Origin: Takakia lepidozioides | Lineage: Eukaryota > Plantae > Bryophyta | Length of the DNA stretch: 64,000 nt | Assembly: GCA_030704615.1 (NCBI GenBank) | Contig: CM060732.1 | Coordinates: 32,674,001-32,738,000 of the forward strand | Direction: 5' to 3' | Part shown: positions 49,401 through 63,876 of the stretch, piece after piece | How positions within the stretch are numbered: the stretch's first letter is position 1 | Layout: each line of letters opens with the position of its first letter | Translations under genes and position numbers: made by a program | The notes under the pieces: generated by a model | Seen by the model: only the letters and a program-made list of their open reading frames with translations | The model's database searches: none | Told to the model about the DNA's origin: nothing

Positions 49401-52400
49401 CAGATATCCTAAGTTAATTGACTCTATATCTTGGAAACAGGACTGCCCTGTCAAACAGGCTAAGTCCTGGCAGAAGAGAGTAGAAGAGATTCTCAAGGAC
49501 CTGGACCTGGATCCGCAAATCTTGACCCTGCTGGATAAATCTGACTTAGAGGCTGTAGTGTCCAAAGCCATGTCTGTTGCCATGAGATTGTCTGATGAAA
49601 ATGAAGTTAGGCAGAAAACTTCCCTGAACTTGTTTCCAGTCAGTGACATGGGGGAGGACATCTTGGATGACCTCAAGGGTCTACCCACTCTCGGCACTAG
49701 ACTGAAATTTAAACTCAGGGCAGGAAGCCTACCTTTGAACAGCAAACAGAAGCAGAGAGGAAAGGGAGAGTGCAATTGCCCGTTGTGTGGGCAATCCGAA
49801 GACAGTATTCATTTTCTGATACACTGTCCGGGGTTCTCTCACCAAAGAGACGCTCTCTTCAAATCTATCAAGGGAATTGTGCCTGTACCCCTGTTTACCA
49901 ACTTTGAAAGTCTCGAGGCTGAGCCAAAAGCCCAGGCCCTCCTGAGGCCTAGTTTTTGGGCAAATCACACACAACAGATTGATGCTTGTGTGAAGGGATT
50001 TCTAGAGGATATCTGGAAAACCCGGATTAATTCTATATATGAAGGTAAGTCTTACTACCAACGTCAGCCCCTGACAGAGGTAGGTTCTGTCCCTTTTGTT
50101 CCCGCTCAAACTGGGCGCGGGGTCAATGGCCACAAGGCTACGGCAAACAACGTCTTATGAGTACAATCTGTTGGGCTTCACTCATGGGAAGTCTTTTTAT
50201 CTGATTGAATGTGATCATGATGGCGAGGTTGTAGCACAATTCTTGATACATAGTGCTTGTGGGCTATTTGTCTCGCATGTTTTTTGTGAATGACTTGGGC
50301 AGTTCAACTGAGCATTGAGCTGTAATCATAAGTTCACCAGGTAGACTGTAGAGACTTTCTGTATGTCATTTTTGCTTAAGCTTGTACTCAAGATGTTGAT
50401 AGATGAAGCATGAAAATATCGAAGATGGAGGATCTGAAGAATATGGTAGTGGTGTGTTGCAGGTATGAACAAGAGTTTCTGGAGGACATGGCCAGCTTGG
50501 GTGTGCGGCCTCCTGATGTGCTCACAAGAGTCACTGAGTGAGTGCAGTCGCCCAGCCCTTTCATGTGTTAGTCAGTTTCTGTTGGCCGAGACTTGTAGCA
50601 CGAAGTAAAAGTATCATGTTGGTGGGGTAGGTATATTGACAAGATCATCAACTATGTGCAAGTCATACTGGATCGCAAGCTTGCCTATGTTGCCAATGGC
50701 AGTGTCTACTTCGACACCAAAGCCTTCAGGTCTGTGACTTGTGCGTATGCCCAATTTTACAATTTCAAATCTGGTCCTTTCAGTGCTCCCTGGTAGAGCT
50801 TGACTGAAGATGGAGATTCTTAGTAGGTGCATCCTGCTGATGGGGGAATGAGTCAGGGCCGTGTTGCTATATGCTTAGGGATCATTGTTGCCATCACTTG
50901 ATTTGTATTATATAGAGGTGGGGTGGTCGCATATGACATTTTATTTTTGGGCAGGGATGCGGGCCATGAGTATGGAAAGCTTAATCCATGGGCTGTAGGC
51001 AGCTCCGGATTGGCATCTGAAAGTGAGTCCAATTTTGAGACCACAGAAAAGAAGAACAGCTGCGACTTTGCGCTGTGGAAGGTGCGTGTGTGAATTGGTG
51101 GCTGTTTTGCGGTGGTGCAAGAGCCTGCCTGTCTGATATCTCCTCTACCTATCAACGCTTTTGCTCTTTGGTTACAAACTCAATCTTTTTCCTTCTAAAG
51201 ATATTCTGTAGTTCCTTCTACTTACAACTGATTAAAACTCAGTAGTACTAGGTAATTTCAGTGTTACTAGATCTCTTACAATGGGTACCAGCTGCCAGTA
51301 GGAAAACTGACTTATATCCATTAGCTCTCCAGACTTACGTCTAGAGAATCCTCCCTCTGGTGGAGTTGCTGTTATTCATCACTCAAGAGCGCACATTACA
51401 AGGAGAACTGTATGTCCTTCTGAGTGGCTCCTAGTTGGAGATCTTTATCAATAGGTTGTGCCAGGAATTCACAATTGACAATTATTGAAAGTTTCCTCTC
51501 TTGCTGACTGGTATCCAAGTGAACCTGCATTAATTATCTTAATATGACGTTCAGAATTTGAACTCTTGTAAAGAACAGTGGTGGAACTGCATTCCTGGTT
51601 ACTGCATGGAAGGACTATGTTCCTAGTGACTTCATTCTTTTGGCTGTTTCAGAAAAGCAAGGAGGGAGAACCAGAATGGGAGTCACCGTGGGGTATGGGG
51701 CGTCCAGGTTGGCACATCGAGTGCTCTGCAATGGCTAGTGACATCATTGGTGCCTCTATTGACATCCATTCTGGTGGACAGTAAGTCACTGCTCTTCGTC
51801 CTTGCTGCTTGGGAGAGATGCTATCCTTACCTCAGAAGCTCAACTGTCTTTTACTATTGCAACCTGTGCCATCTTTGGTATTTGCTATATAGGAATACTA
51901 GCGTCCAAGATTGGTGTTATTTGGATTATAATTACATCACTTAGATATGCACTAATGTCCTCCTTCATACCTCCCTTTTCTGAGGTCTGTCAATAAGTGG
52001 AAGTTTAGGGGTGAAGTAATTATTGATGGTTGGGCTGAATGCTCAGGACAAATATGACACAGGTCATACTGTCATGGACGCTCGAAGTCACATGCAACAT
52101 GGGTGTTTCCTATTTCGAAAGGGGAGGGAGCCCTCAATGATTCCTTTTTGAATGAGATATTGTGGTGGGTGGCAGTGACCTGCAGTTTCCACACCATGAT
52201 AATGAGCTGGCTCAAGCTGAGGCCTACTTCAACTGCTCTCAAGTGCGGTTCCTCTTTTGGACGTTTCTCTTCTTTTAGTATCTTTTCCAAGGGTTGTGCT
52301 GTAGGAGATACTATGTGTGGTTCAAGTAAACCTGGAAGGAGCCATGTTTAGTTGTATTGGAGCTGAATTTGGCAGCACTCGCTAGCTGAGTGAGGGTCGT

Positions 52401-55400
52401 TGAGAGAGAGAAAATAGAGTAAGATGACTATATCATAAGACAGGGGAAGGTTGGCTATTTGGCAGCTACAATCTAGATAGTTCCAAGTTGTACGCTGGGA
52501 GCACAGTCTTGAACTTGACTTGGGAAGTGGTGGATCTTACTTTAGTGCAGTGGGTAAATTATTTCTTTCATTCGGGGCATCTCTCCATTGACGGCTTGAA
52601 GATGTCCAAGTCGTTGAAAAATTTCATAACGATCAAAGAGGTTGGTGACCTTGTTGGCTTTCTTTTCGTTTTTAATATCTTGTGTCCCTAGGTATTTGAG
52701 CTGTCATGCCTGATTTGATTTGAAGTTATCCATGGTCCACTGTTGATCATTGAAATAGAGAAAAAGTTGCTGCTTTTATCTTTTTGGTGGAAACTGAGAG
52801 GTGTTGTAAGGAATTGAGGTAGGGTGCATTGGATGTTTGCAATGGAGCAGGCACTGAAGAAGTACACTGCCAGGCAGCTTCGCTTCCTATTTGTGATTCA
52901 AAGTTGGAACAAGGTGAATTCCGTCTTCTTTTGCAGTTCAGCATGTTTGGTTGTGCTTCGTGTGGAAGTTTTGTAAGCAGCCAAGCTGACATAATTTTTC
53001 ATTACAGTGAGCCTTGCCCTTTGGTATCCTTCTTGAATGTGTTTGTGGGTTTAGAAAGAGTGGGAGTGGGAGTTGGCATGGTCTCCAAGGGAGCTTCTTA
53101 TGAGTTCTAGCTGCAAGTGTGGATGGAGAATATTTCCCCTGATTATTTCTTACACCTCAATGAGAACGTCACTGAGAGGCAATGGCTTTTGTGCATCTTT
53201 GTGTCAAAGTTTATCCTGTGATTATTGGTTTTGACATTCACCTGTGCAGTCCATAAATTTCAGTGAAACAGTGGTGAACGAGGCTGTTGGAAAGGAAAAA
53301 CAACTTAAACAATTTTTCTCTTCTGTACAAGTCGTGTTGAGGCAGGCGGTATGTATAGTATTGTCTAGCCTTCCCCTCCACTCTCGTCATTGCCCTTTTC
53401 TTTAGTGCGAATCACTAATTCTTTTAGGTTGGTTATCAGTAGGTCAGTCTTTAATCATTCTCTTCAGGACGAACTTCATTTGAGGTGTTTTCAAGAGGCT
53501 CGTTGAGCATTACTACACAATGAGGGGCTGTGATTTATTAGTCTGGATCACCTTATGATAGACGTATGCCTGGGATGGGTACCATGGCAGGCTCTTGAGG
53601 ACAAGCAAAGATGGGAAGACGATGAAAAACATTTGCAACATAGATTACAAGCAGCACAAACTGAGGTTCTACCTACTTTTTCTCTCGTCTCTTTCTGTCT
53701 CCTCCACTAAGGCCACAAGCTAAGTACGGAAGGGTAGTCTTATAAATGCCTCTCTTTTGGTTCCTGTTGTTAGACTGGGTCAATAGTAGAGCTTAGAAAG
53801 TTGTAGCTAGTTGTATTGGGCGACTGATATGGGCAAAGTATGAATAGGTACGAATGCGCTTGGAAGACAATTTTGACACAGCGGGTGCCATGAGCAAGCT
53901 GCTTTCCCTAGTCAAGGATGTCCATTCCTATCTTGCGAAATGTGATTCAGTAAGTTTCACTTGTTCACGCTTCCTTTCTATGCCTCAATAGTTTCTGTTA
54001 GGATTCATTGAAGCCATCAGTGATAACGTACCAGAGTATAGTGTACTAGTTTTTCAAAATTTTAGGAACAGATACTTAAAGGAGTGGTTGTGTCATCATG
54101 CAGACATCTTCGAGACCTAAGCTTTTTCTTGTCAGAAAGGCAGCAGTCTTTGTAACCAGTATTCTCTCCGTCTTTGGTGAGTTCCAAACTCTTCACTTCC
54201 CTTGACTTGACAGTGTGTTTGAATGTATATTTTTGGGGAGTGATCATTCTTGCTGGCATACATTGTGAATCTCGATGCTTGAATGCTGCAGGGTTGTCCG
54301 ATGCTGGAAAAGGCGAGATTGGATTCGGATCCACTATGAGTCAATCTGGTCCAAGTGCTAGCCTTGAGAGTGTAGTGGTATGTTTCCTTATCCTGGCATG
54401 CCCCATTGCTGCCAATGAGATGGTGCTCCTGGGGTTGTTGGCCCTGTAATAACCATTTACTTGTTTGGAGGCAAGTCATACTGGACTTCCAGCCAATCTG
54501 GATCTAGCAGACAGATTGTGGCCGGGGGTCGATTAATTTAGGCAAACGCAAAGTTCCTGATTTATGTATAGTGCATGATGGCCAAGTGGTATTAACTTCC
54601 CTTGTTACAAGGCAGTTGTTATCGTTGTTAGTAGGGGCAATGGAAATCTCCATCAAGGAAACTTTAAGATCCATGGATGGATGCTGGTGCAGGGTCCATA
54701 CCTCGATGCGTTTGCCGCGTTTAGAGACCAAATCAGAACAGCTGCCAAGGAGGGTGCCCCCAGGGTACGCACTATTTCTATTTCTTAGAGGGAGCTGATG
54801 TTTATGGGCATCGCATGTATTAGAAATTATTGAGATGATTTCTACCAGATTGGATGACTTGGTGACTCCATATACACCTTCTCATTTGAGTTTATGGATA
54901 ACATTAAATGCACGTGTCAGCCCGGGAAAAAAAGTTTAATTTCATGCCTGCCTGTTTAGGAAATCTGTACCTCAGTACTTATAATGTGAAATGTTGCTTA
55001 GCAATCAAGCGCTGTCAAAGTAATTGTTGGCTGTGTTTGAGGTTGCTCTCTTTAGTATCTAGTGCAAACATACAGTTGGTGGTTGGTTTGACAGGAGAGG
55101 ATACTGGAGATAGCAGACAGGGTCCGTGATGAAACCATGGCTGATCTTGGGGTACGGTTCGAGGACAAAGGCAGTTCATCCACCTGGAAACTGGATGACC
55201 CCGAAGTCCTACGAAAAGAGCGCGATGAAAAGCTGCACAAGGCACGAGAGGAGATGCTTCGAAGTCTAAAACAGAACAGGGACAGCAAGGTTGGTTTCTC
55301 TCCACCAGATGTTAGTTTCCTTCGATTTTGGGGGAAATGAGGGTGACACAGAGGATTTTGATTAATACTGTCACAGTAGATGACTATTAAGACATTGGTA

Positions 55401-55931
55401 ACTGTGGAGGTAGTACTTAGATTGCTTGCTGTGTCTGTTTATAGGCCAAGCAGCTGGATAAGTTTGAGGCAGCCTCAGTTCCTCCAAGGGAGTATTTCCA
55501 AAGACGGACAAGTGAGTACAGTTCTTTTGATGATAGGGGAGTGCCAACACATGACAGCGATGGAAAAGAGCTAACAAAAAATGCCAAAAAGGTATCTTTC
55601 TTTGAGTTCATGTAATTTGGTTGTTATGGTTTCCCTGTATTGGATCATTGAACTTTCTAGGACAATCATGTATAAGGAAGGGCAAGCACCCCAGAACAGC
55701 AGCTTTCTTAGTGTGGTGAAAACCACAGGAGACGTCAAGCTAAATACATGACGAGTTAAATGAGCCAGGCTATTTGATGTGCAGAAAGTTGAGAAGGATT
55801 TCAAAAAAGCAGAAGACGAACATGAGAAGTGCATGCAGAAGGTTGTAGCGGAGCCAGGATTTTTGCATAGTTTGCGCTCAGAAGTAGAGCTTCTTGAAAG
55901 TAAGATTGCCGAACTAGAGCAGGCCCAATAG
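46449..55931 (+). CDS. CysRS: Cysteine--tRNA ligase, cytosolic, animal/fungal-like (CARS1-like) type; about 22 exons
   Basis: [21 protein letters not shown] (HIGH motif), [108 protein letters not shown] exons from 46449 to TAG 55931. Confidence 0.95.
48807..50166 (+). mobile_element. 5'-truncated LINE (RT C-terminal half plus CCHC) in CysRS intron 6, sense orientation
   Basis: Perfect 16-bp TSD TCTGTTGGGCTTCACT at 48791-48806 and 50167-50182; LMFADD RT motif, [38 protein letters not shown]; one frameshift near 48890-48910. Confidence 0.95.
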
Positions 55932-57628
55932 CATATGCCATGTGATGGGACGAAATCATCAGCTGGCTATAAAGTTCCTTGGTTAATGGAAGTGGGTGGT
56001 CCATGGGATCAGGGAGGGCTTCTGAAAAGCCCTGACCCTCATGTGCACCCAGGTTTGCATCTGCCGACCCATTGTCGGCTATTGAAATTGTTTGTAAGCA
56101 TTTGAGATGGAGTTGTTAGGCAATGAGGAGTGGATTGGAAGTCGCAGCTGGCGAACTGTGTCAGATTATAGCCATCATGTACATAAACCTCTCTGTACAT
56201 AAGTGCCTGCTTTGTGCGCGATCTACAGGATTGGTCTTCCAATTTGTAAATGAAGATCTCTGGCCAGTCCTGTGAGACATCATATAGTACATATCCTAGC
56301 ATATGTTGTGTTTGGATGGAAGCTAAGTCCTTTGGGAAGTGTGCAGTACAGATACACTGCTGTAGCAGCCTCCCTTTTGATTAGTGCATGATTCTACTGG
56401 TCAAAGATTGTTGCATTACTAACCAAAGGTTAGGCTGAACTGAACATGGTTGAAGGCAGATACAGTCCATCTAGCACGGTCATGAAATGGAACCTTTTAG
56501 TCTTGGAACAGTAACGCCACCGACGGCAACTGAATATGAGCTGCTGTAGGTTTAGTCTAACGGCTGAAAATGTGGTGCAGTATCACACGTTCTTGCCCTA
56601 CCCCCGCATTCGCAAGACCTAGAAATGCAGAAAGTAATTTTGTGAAAATGTGCACCCAAGTTATCGGCCTGAGCATGCAAAGCGGCCCTATTGAAAATCA
56701 ATGAAAATGTGATCAATATATTAAGCAAGGTAGTTTTTTGTATTGTTTGGTTTGGTGTGTCCTGTTGAGATCATCCAAACGGCAAGGCCGCCGCCCAGGT
56801 TCTTAATACCGCTGGAAAGCCCTCAATGAGTAAGGGTGCATGCGAGAGCGCTCGGGTAAACAGCCCACAAGAGGAGTACACTGGACACTGCCCTCTTTTG
56901 TGTCCGGACCCAATTGACGCAAGTATTAAAGTTATACATCTGGAGGGAGTTAGTTGCTAAAAAGGAGGATCATGAGAAGTGATTGTTGAAGTGATTTGTA
57001 ATCCCGTGTACTTGAGGCAAAAATGTTTCTTTACAATGTGCGACAATTGCACCCCCCAAAGGGAGCAGTGGCCGCCAGGTAAAGTGGCTTTTGAGTAACA
57101 CCAGAGGCTTCTCTCTTGCTCTCTCTCTCTCTACTGAGTGGCCATACTCTACAGATGTTATGGTGGCCATCTCCCTTATGATGGTCAGAATAGGACTTAA
57201 CATGGCCCCATGTTCTAGGATGCCAACCTATATACAATTATGGAGGTCAATTTTACAAAGAGAGTTTGCTGTCTCGTGCCAAGGAATCTCCTTGGAGTGA
57301 TTGAGAGCTACCAGAAGGCCCGTAAATGTTGTACCTCTCTGCTGCACATTGATAAAACTAAGTTAGAAAATCAATAGTACCTGTTGGCAACAATTTCATC
57401 GAAGTATTGATCTTGTTCTCAAAGTGCTGTGTGGCCTGATCATCTGTAGAACCTTCTGAACAAGGCATCAGATTTGTTGAGAGACCACTTTCTCCTCCCC
57501 TCCAGAAATTGAGCATCGGGACAAGGAGAACAGGTCATATACTAAGGGGACTTACAAAAGCTCAAGTGAGTGTTCAACAACTAGTAGAATTGAATCTATC
57601 AGAGATACCAAAGGACTGCCCATCTACC

Positions 57629-58880
57629 TGGCCAACTAGCATGTGAACTCCGGTCGAGTCCAACAGTGCAATATCGAGCTACAGCGATCCCTGTGATTCA
57701 GATTGTCTACAGTGTAAACCCTCTTTTCAGCCCAAATTGCAAATGAAGAGGATTGCAGAGGTTCTCTTGGTGTTGCCGGAGAGAGGGAGAACTGTACTCA
57801 TCGAGTTTTCCCTGAAAACAGTGGCAGTAGAATTGAACTGAACACCCCGTTAACTACTCATCTCAAAGTGAATCTCTACTAGCAGGGTATTGCCACACAT
57901 ATTGTGCACATGAGATAGAAACCTGGTTAAAGGGTCATCAACATTAGAGAGAGAGATGCACACACACACACCTCTGGCAAGCGGGCAATGACAGTGCCCC
58001 ACGGATCGATCATAACAGCGTCACCAGAGCTCTCTCTCTTGTCATTATGCCTGCCAGCTTGAGCAGCAGCTATGACCTACAATACTTGCACGTAAATGAA
58101 AATCACTGTCTAAAACTACACACTAGCCCATATTAATAAGTTAGGACGTGATCAACCCACCTTTGCAAGGCGAATGCAACAAAACAGTTCTTGTAAAGGC
58201 TGATGGTACCAGCAACACCTATCCACATCCACATACACCAATGGACAGCAAATATAAGTGTGCCTTGTCATTTTTAACAAAAGAGAACAGAGAGACAAGG
58301 AAATGGCATCTGGGCATCAAGAAGCCGTCTCCACTTGAGTCATAATTGGAAAAGTTTGTCCATTGAACGGCATTGGAATGAAAAACCTATACCAGGTAAG
58401 CTATAAAATACATATTATTGTTTTCTTCACCCTTATATGCTTATATGCCATGCTCTTTGGTGAGGTACATTGTTAATCCAAAATTTGAGATGTCTGTCCT
58501 GCTCGAAAAGCAGATGAGCAAACTCACATGGGCATTTTCAGCGAAACGTAATTGTTGATAAATCTCTGGAAAACGCAAGTCGTAGCAAATAGTCAGGCTC
58601 AACTGCACACTGGGACGATCAGCCACTGATCCTGTTGTCCACCACGCCCAACCCACACACCCCTCATTATTGAATCACCCCATCTATACTTTAAGCAAGG
58701 TTCTTGACCAATGCATCAACAACTGGTTCCAGATGTCCATGATGAAATGTGCTCTGCCACCGTTGTTGGAGCACTAAGTTCCCGAGTTTTCACTAAGGGA
58801 GGAAAGTGTACACCATACCAGGGGCGGTGGAATTACTCTCCTTCAACACTGGACCTCCTAGCACATCCACGTCAAACCTG
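57629..58880 (-). pseudogene. Nit1-like nitrilase (deaminated glutathione amidase type) pseudogene, 3' part
   Basis: Exon remnants FDVDVLGGPVLKESNSTAPG (58880-58818), LTICYDLRFPEIYQQLRF (about 58630-58528), VIAAAQAGRHNDKRESSGDAVMIDPWGTVIARLP (58077-57974) and a frameshifted GIAVA..LLDS exon. The expected PSAF...RARAIE exon and the 5' exons were not found. Confidence 0.8.
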
Positions 58881-59021
58881 CCCACCCGTGCACTTTTCTT
58901 ATTAAACCAGAATGTAAACTTCAAAACAAGAAGCCAAAGTGTGACCACTCACATTTGTCTTGCTCTACAAACACACACACAATTCATATGTGCTTCCACC
59001 TAGAACGTGGTTTCTATTAGT

Positions 59022-61255
59022 TGTAAAGGAAGAACTAAGCAACTAAGGGCTCGACAAAAGTGGTAGATATAGGATGACCCTCTGTCTTATTAGGCCAAAG
59101 AGAGGCTACACATGCTACCCTAGAGGTCGCATTTAGGCCTCGACATAGGAGACGCACTTGGGATACATAGGGGATTGCATTTGGACTTAGATGATGACAC
59201 TGGAGACTTGGGCCAATGGCACAGGCTACCCTAGTTTTTTCTTAAAAGACCATTTGGCCACGTTGAACCAAATAGGCATCAACCATATTATAGAGGTCAG
59301 GTTGATGCCTACAAAATACCAAAAGAGCTATCCTGGAAAAAGATTCTCATCCCAGGCTATGACTCCACTCAAAGACGAGAACATGACTGAACATAAACAA
59401 GAGATAAAACTAGAGATACAATGCTAAACAAGAAGTCAAGGTCGGCGTGGCCGAATGCACGATGAGTAAATAGGAATCAAGACGATCTTTATAACAATGA
59501 ACAAGAGTACAAGATTTTGGAACACGACTTGAATACTGGAATGCTGGAAACTGGACTGGAGTACCAGATACTGGAAACTGGGCTAGAGTACTTAGGAACT
59601 GGAGTGGAGTACTGGGAACTGGAAACAAGAGTAGCTTGAACTGGTGTTGGCAAGACTGAAGAGTGTCTAGTCTCGCCTCCTATATATATTGGCTACTAAG
59701 AAGCTTTCCCAATAAGCTTCCCCTATGGAGGTTTCTTGATGGAGAAGTTTCCAAGATTAAACAAAGGTTTCTTTGATGGAGAAGCTTCCTTAAACAAATG
59801 AGGTATATTGATGGAGAAGTTTTCTCAAAATGAAGCTTCCTAAGTAGTTTCCCAAATTACTCTTGGTAATTTGGTAAACTCCCGGTAACTTGATAAGTAA
59901 TGGTAAATCATGGTAAATCATGGTAATTTTTGTTAACATGGTAACTTGATAACTTCTGGTATTTACTCCTGGTAAGTTCTTCTGGGCTATGTCCGTGACA
60001 TCACCCCCTCCTCTAGCGCCGAGTTCCTCGAGGAGCGGTAAAATCTTGGACTTGCTTAGAGTTGGAGAAAATCGAAAATCCGACGAATGGTACTTGCCAA
60101 GTATTCGGCTCTTCGTTCTTGACTCAAATGATTTATAGGTCCCTGTAACCATCGATAGTGTCAAACACCTTGAACTTAGGACCACGCAGTAATTTGAACA
60201 TTCTGATTTTCGAAACTGCCTTCAAACATGATTTCGTTGCCCTCTGGGTCCGAAGCCTCAACCTCCAACAGAATTATCAGACTTCGAGTAGGCTCCACTT
60301 GCCGTCGTACGGGGTTCAGACAAGGAAGTACGCGTCGCATTGGTGGTCTATCGTCTCGAGAGCGTCGACGTGATGTTGAAGGTCGTGAAAGTCGGAATGG
60401 CTGATCTGGTAGCTGGGTAAGCGACAACTCCAATGTATCTGGTTCCTGTGACTCCATACTGCCAATATAAGATGCAAGAGTGCTGGAAGTGTAGCTTTAT
60501 ATACTGATGTGTGATGCTCCTCCCTCCTTAGCATGTATCAGGTACATTGAATGTGGAGTCCTCACCCTGAAGCTAACTTGACTGACATCATCGTTGTGAC
60601 GTCTTATTGACGTGTAGCTCGGGGCTTAGTTGGATATCGTTGATGAAACTCTTGGACTTTGTCAGATGCATTGGCGAGGTTAGATGAAGGTTCCCACGTT
60701 CGTTCGCTGATGTCGTAGCCTTTCCAATGTACGAAATACTCAAGACGTTTATACTTGATGCGAGAGTCTAGGACTTCGTCGACTTCATACTCAAGTTCTT
60801 GATTGACTTCGATTGGTGGAGGTGGTACGGAGACTCTCCCTGGAATATTCGATGGATGATACAACTCTAATAATGAAACATGAAAGACTGGATGGATGCG
60901 CATACTTCGTGGGAGTTCAAGCCGAAAACTGACCGGATTTATTTGTCGAATAATTTTGAATGGTCCCAGACGTTGATAATGCAACTTTCTTGATGGTCGC
61001 GAGGTTTGTATGTCTCGTCAAAGAAGCCACACACGATCTCCGACCTTGAACTGGGTTTGGAGTTGGCGACGTTGATCTGCATACTCCTTGTATTGTTTTT
61101 GAGCTTCTGCAAGGTGGGATGTAAGGTCCTTGTGAATCGTAGCTAGATGAGTAGCAAGGTTTTCTGCAGCAGGGCTTCCAACAGTCTTTATGTGGAAATG
61201 GTTTGCTCGACGATGATAACCATAATTGGAGAAAAATGGAGTTTGCTTGGTCGTC
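59022..61255 (-). mobile_element. Chromovirus (Ty3/gypsy) 3' remnant: integrase end, chromodomain, spacer, PPT and 3' LTR
   Basis: TKQTPFFSNYG, GPFKIIRQINPVSFRLELP..IHPVFHVSLL, chromodomain EYEVDEVLDSR..YFVHWKGY..TWEP (stop 60604). PPT AGAGGAGGGGG at about 60004-60014 precedes TGTCACGG (60000); candidate LTR end TTTACA at 59022; TATATATA near 59685. Confidence 0.88.
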
Positions 61256-62701
61256 TTGATCTATCTGGAGTGTGCCTTCATTAGCACCATTGGTTGATCC
61301 AACACAATTTTTAGTTCAAAATGCGAGGAGTGTAGTGGAAACTTGCAGGTATTGCCAGTCGTTGAGCAACAATCGGAGGAAAGTATAATGGAAAATGATC
61401 TCTAAAGAAGTGTCAAATTGCCTTAGTGGCCATTTGGCTATGAACTCCAAGATTAGTTGGCGCCTCCTTACCAGAGTATTACTTCTAAATTGATGTCCAC
61501 TTCAGTACAGCTGTGTCACTTCCCCTACGCCTCCCTAAGATCTACATGGTCAACTTCATGTCCACTTTACATGGTGGTTTTTATTTAATTTAATTTTTTA
61601 AATCAATTGCGCCTCGCCACGTAGCGCAGCAGCGGCGGCTGCAGTATGGTATATATGACTGCAGTGAGAGATATCACTTTGTTCATATGACTGTAGTCAT
61701 CCGGACCGTACCATCCTGTACTCATTGTGTTGACTTGGTTTGCACGACTTACAGTCATAGAAGTCATATGTACCGTTTATGACTGCAGAATAATCATATA
61801 TACAGTTATAAATACCGCGATCCAGAAAGTTGAAAACTGATGGACCCTCTCGCCACCAATAAAATGCCATTGCACTGATTGCCTTCTTGGACAACATGTT
61901 AGCCCTAGCTTGCCCCAAGATAAGGACCCAGGATAATAATGAAGCTCAACTGCATGACTCAAACGTGTAAATGAGAGCAGCATAGATCCTTAGCACAAGA
62001 CCCCACTTCACAGTGGAGCTGACAAAGCAGACGACATTCAACTTAAGCTCCGGAATCTGTCATGAAAGCGCACTGCACTGGCCTGCTCCAGCTCATGAGA
62101 AGGTAATTAACCAGATCACAGTGGCTCCTCAATGCAGAACTGCAGATAGCCTCCAACGAGCTTGTCCTCAACCATCCCTTGGCCAGTCCCAGATGGCTCT
62201 GGCAATTTCGAGCCAACCTGCAAAGGAGCGTTGTGGCCCTTCAGTAACTTCCACTACCACTGCGTACCATGTACATCCTCTATACTCTATTTGAACTTAT
62301 GATTACTCTCTTTTCGACTGCTGTGAGATCACAAATATCTTTGATTCACTGACTTATCAACACTCAGTACTGATGTAGAAGAGGAAAAGACGAGATCTGA
62401 AGTGAGAGTGTACTAACGTAGAAGATGCACAAGAGGATTAGATCTCTCCGCCATATCCACCAGAGCCAAAATAATCCCGTCTAGTTCCTGCAATTGTCTG
62501 GCTCTTTTGATGTTCCAGCTTAGGACATTCACTGATACGGTGACCAAGACCTCCACAATACGCACAGCCCTTCACTCCACTAGCCTTTGCAAGCTCCTCT
62601 GCCTCTTCCATTGGATCATCCAAAGTTGCCAAAACAGGTGGGATTCTCTGCTTGGCCTCCTTTAGCAGATGCTTCAGATCCAGAAGGATCGTCTCACTCT
62701 A

Positions 62702-63655
<954 letters not shown>

Positions 63656-63804
63656 CACGCCAGTGGTTTTCCAACATGGTATCAGAGCCAAGGTTGGGGC
63701 GGTGGTCAGAATGGGTGGGCATCAGCTATAAGGGCTATGCCTTGAGGGGGAGTGTTGGAGGTGTCAAGGCTATAGCCCTTGCGCAGCACTATGAGAACAA
63801 AAAG

Positions 63805-63876
63805 GGACGGGTAGCTCAATGGTAGAGCACCCCACCGGAATGGGGGAGGTCCTAGGTTCGATCCCTAGCCCGACCA
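63805..63876 (+). ncRNA. tRNA-like Pol III cassette in the 3' LTR (consensus A and B boxes)
   Basis: 72 nt; A box TAGCTCAATGG, D stem GCTC/GAGC, B box GGTTCGATCC, T stem CTAGG/CCTAG; non-canonical anticodon loop lacking U33; TTTT 11 nt downstream. Confidence 0.85.

Noticed and set aside
62699-62701. Stop codons in RH35 repaired by U-to-C RNA editing
   Set aside because: Reverse editing is known for organellar transcripts, not nuclear genes, and the TRIM insertion already disrupts the frame.
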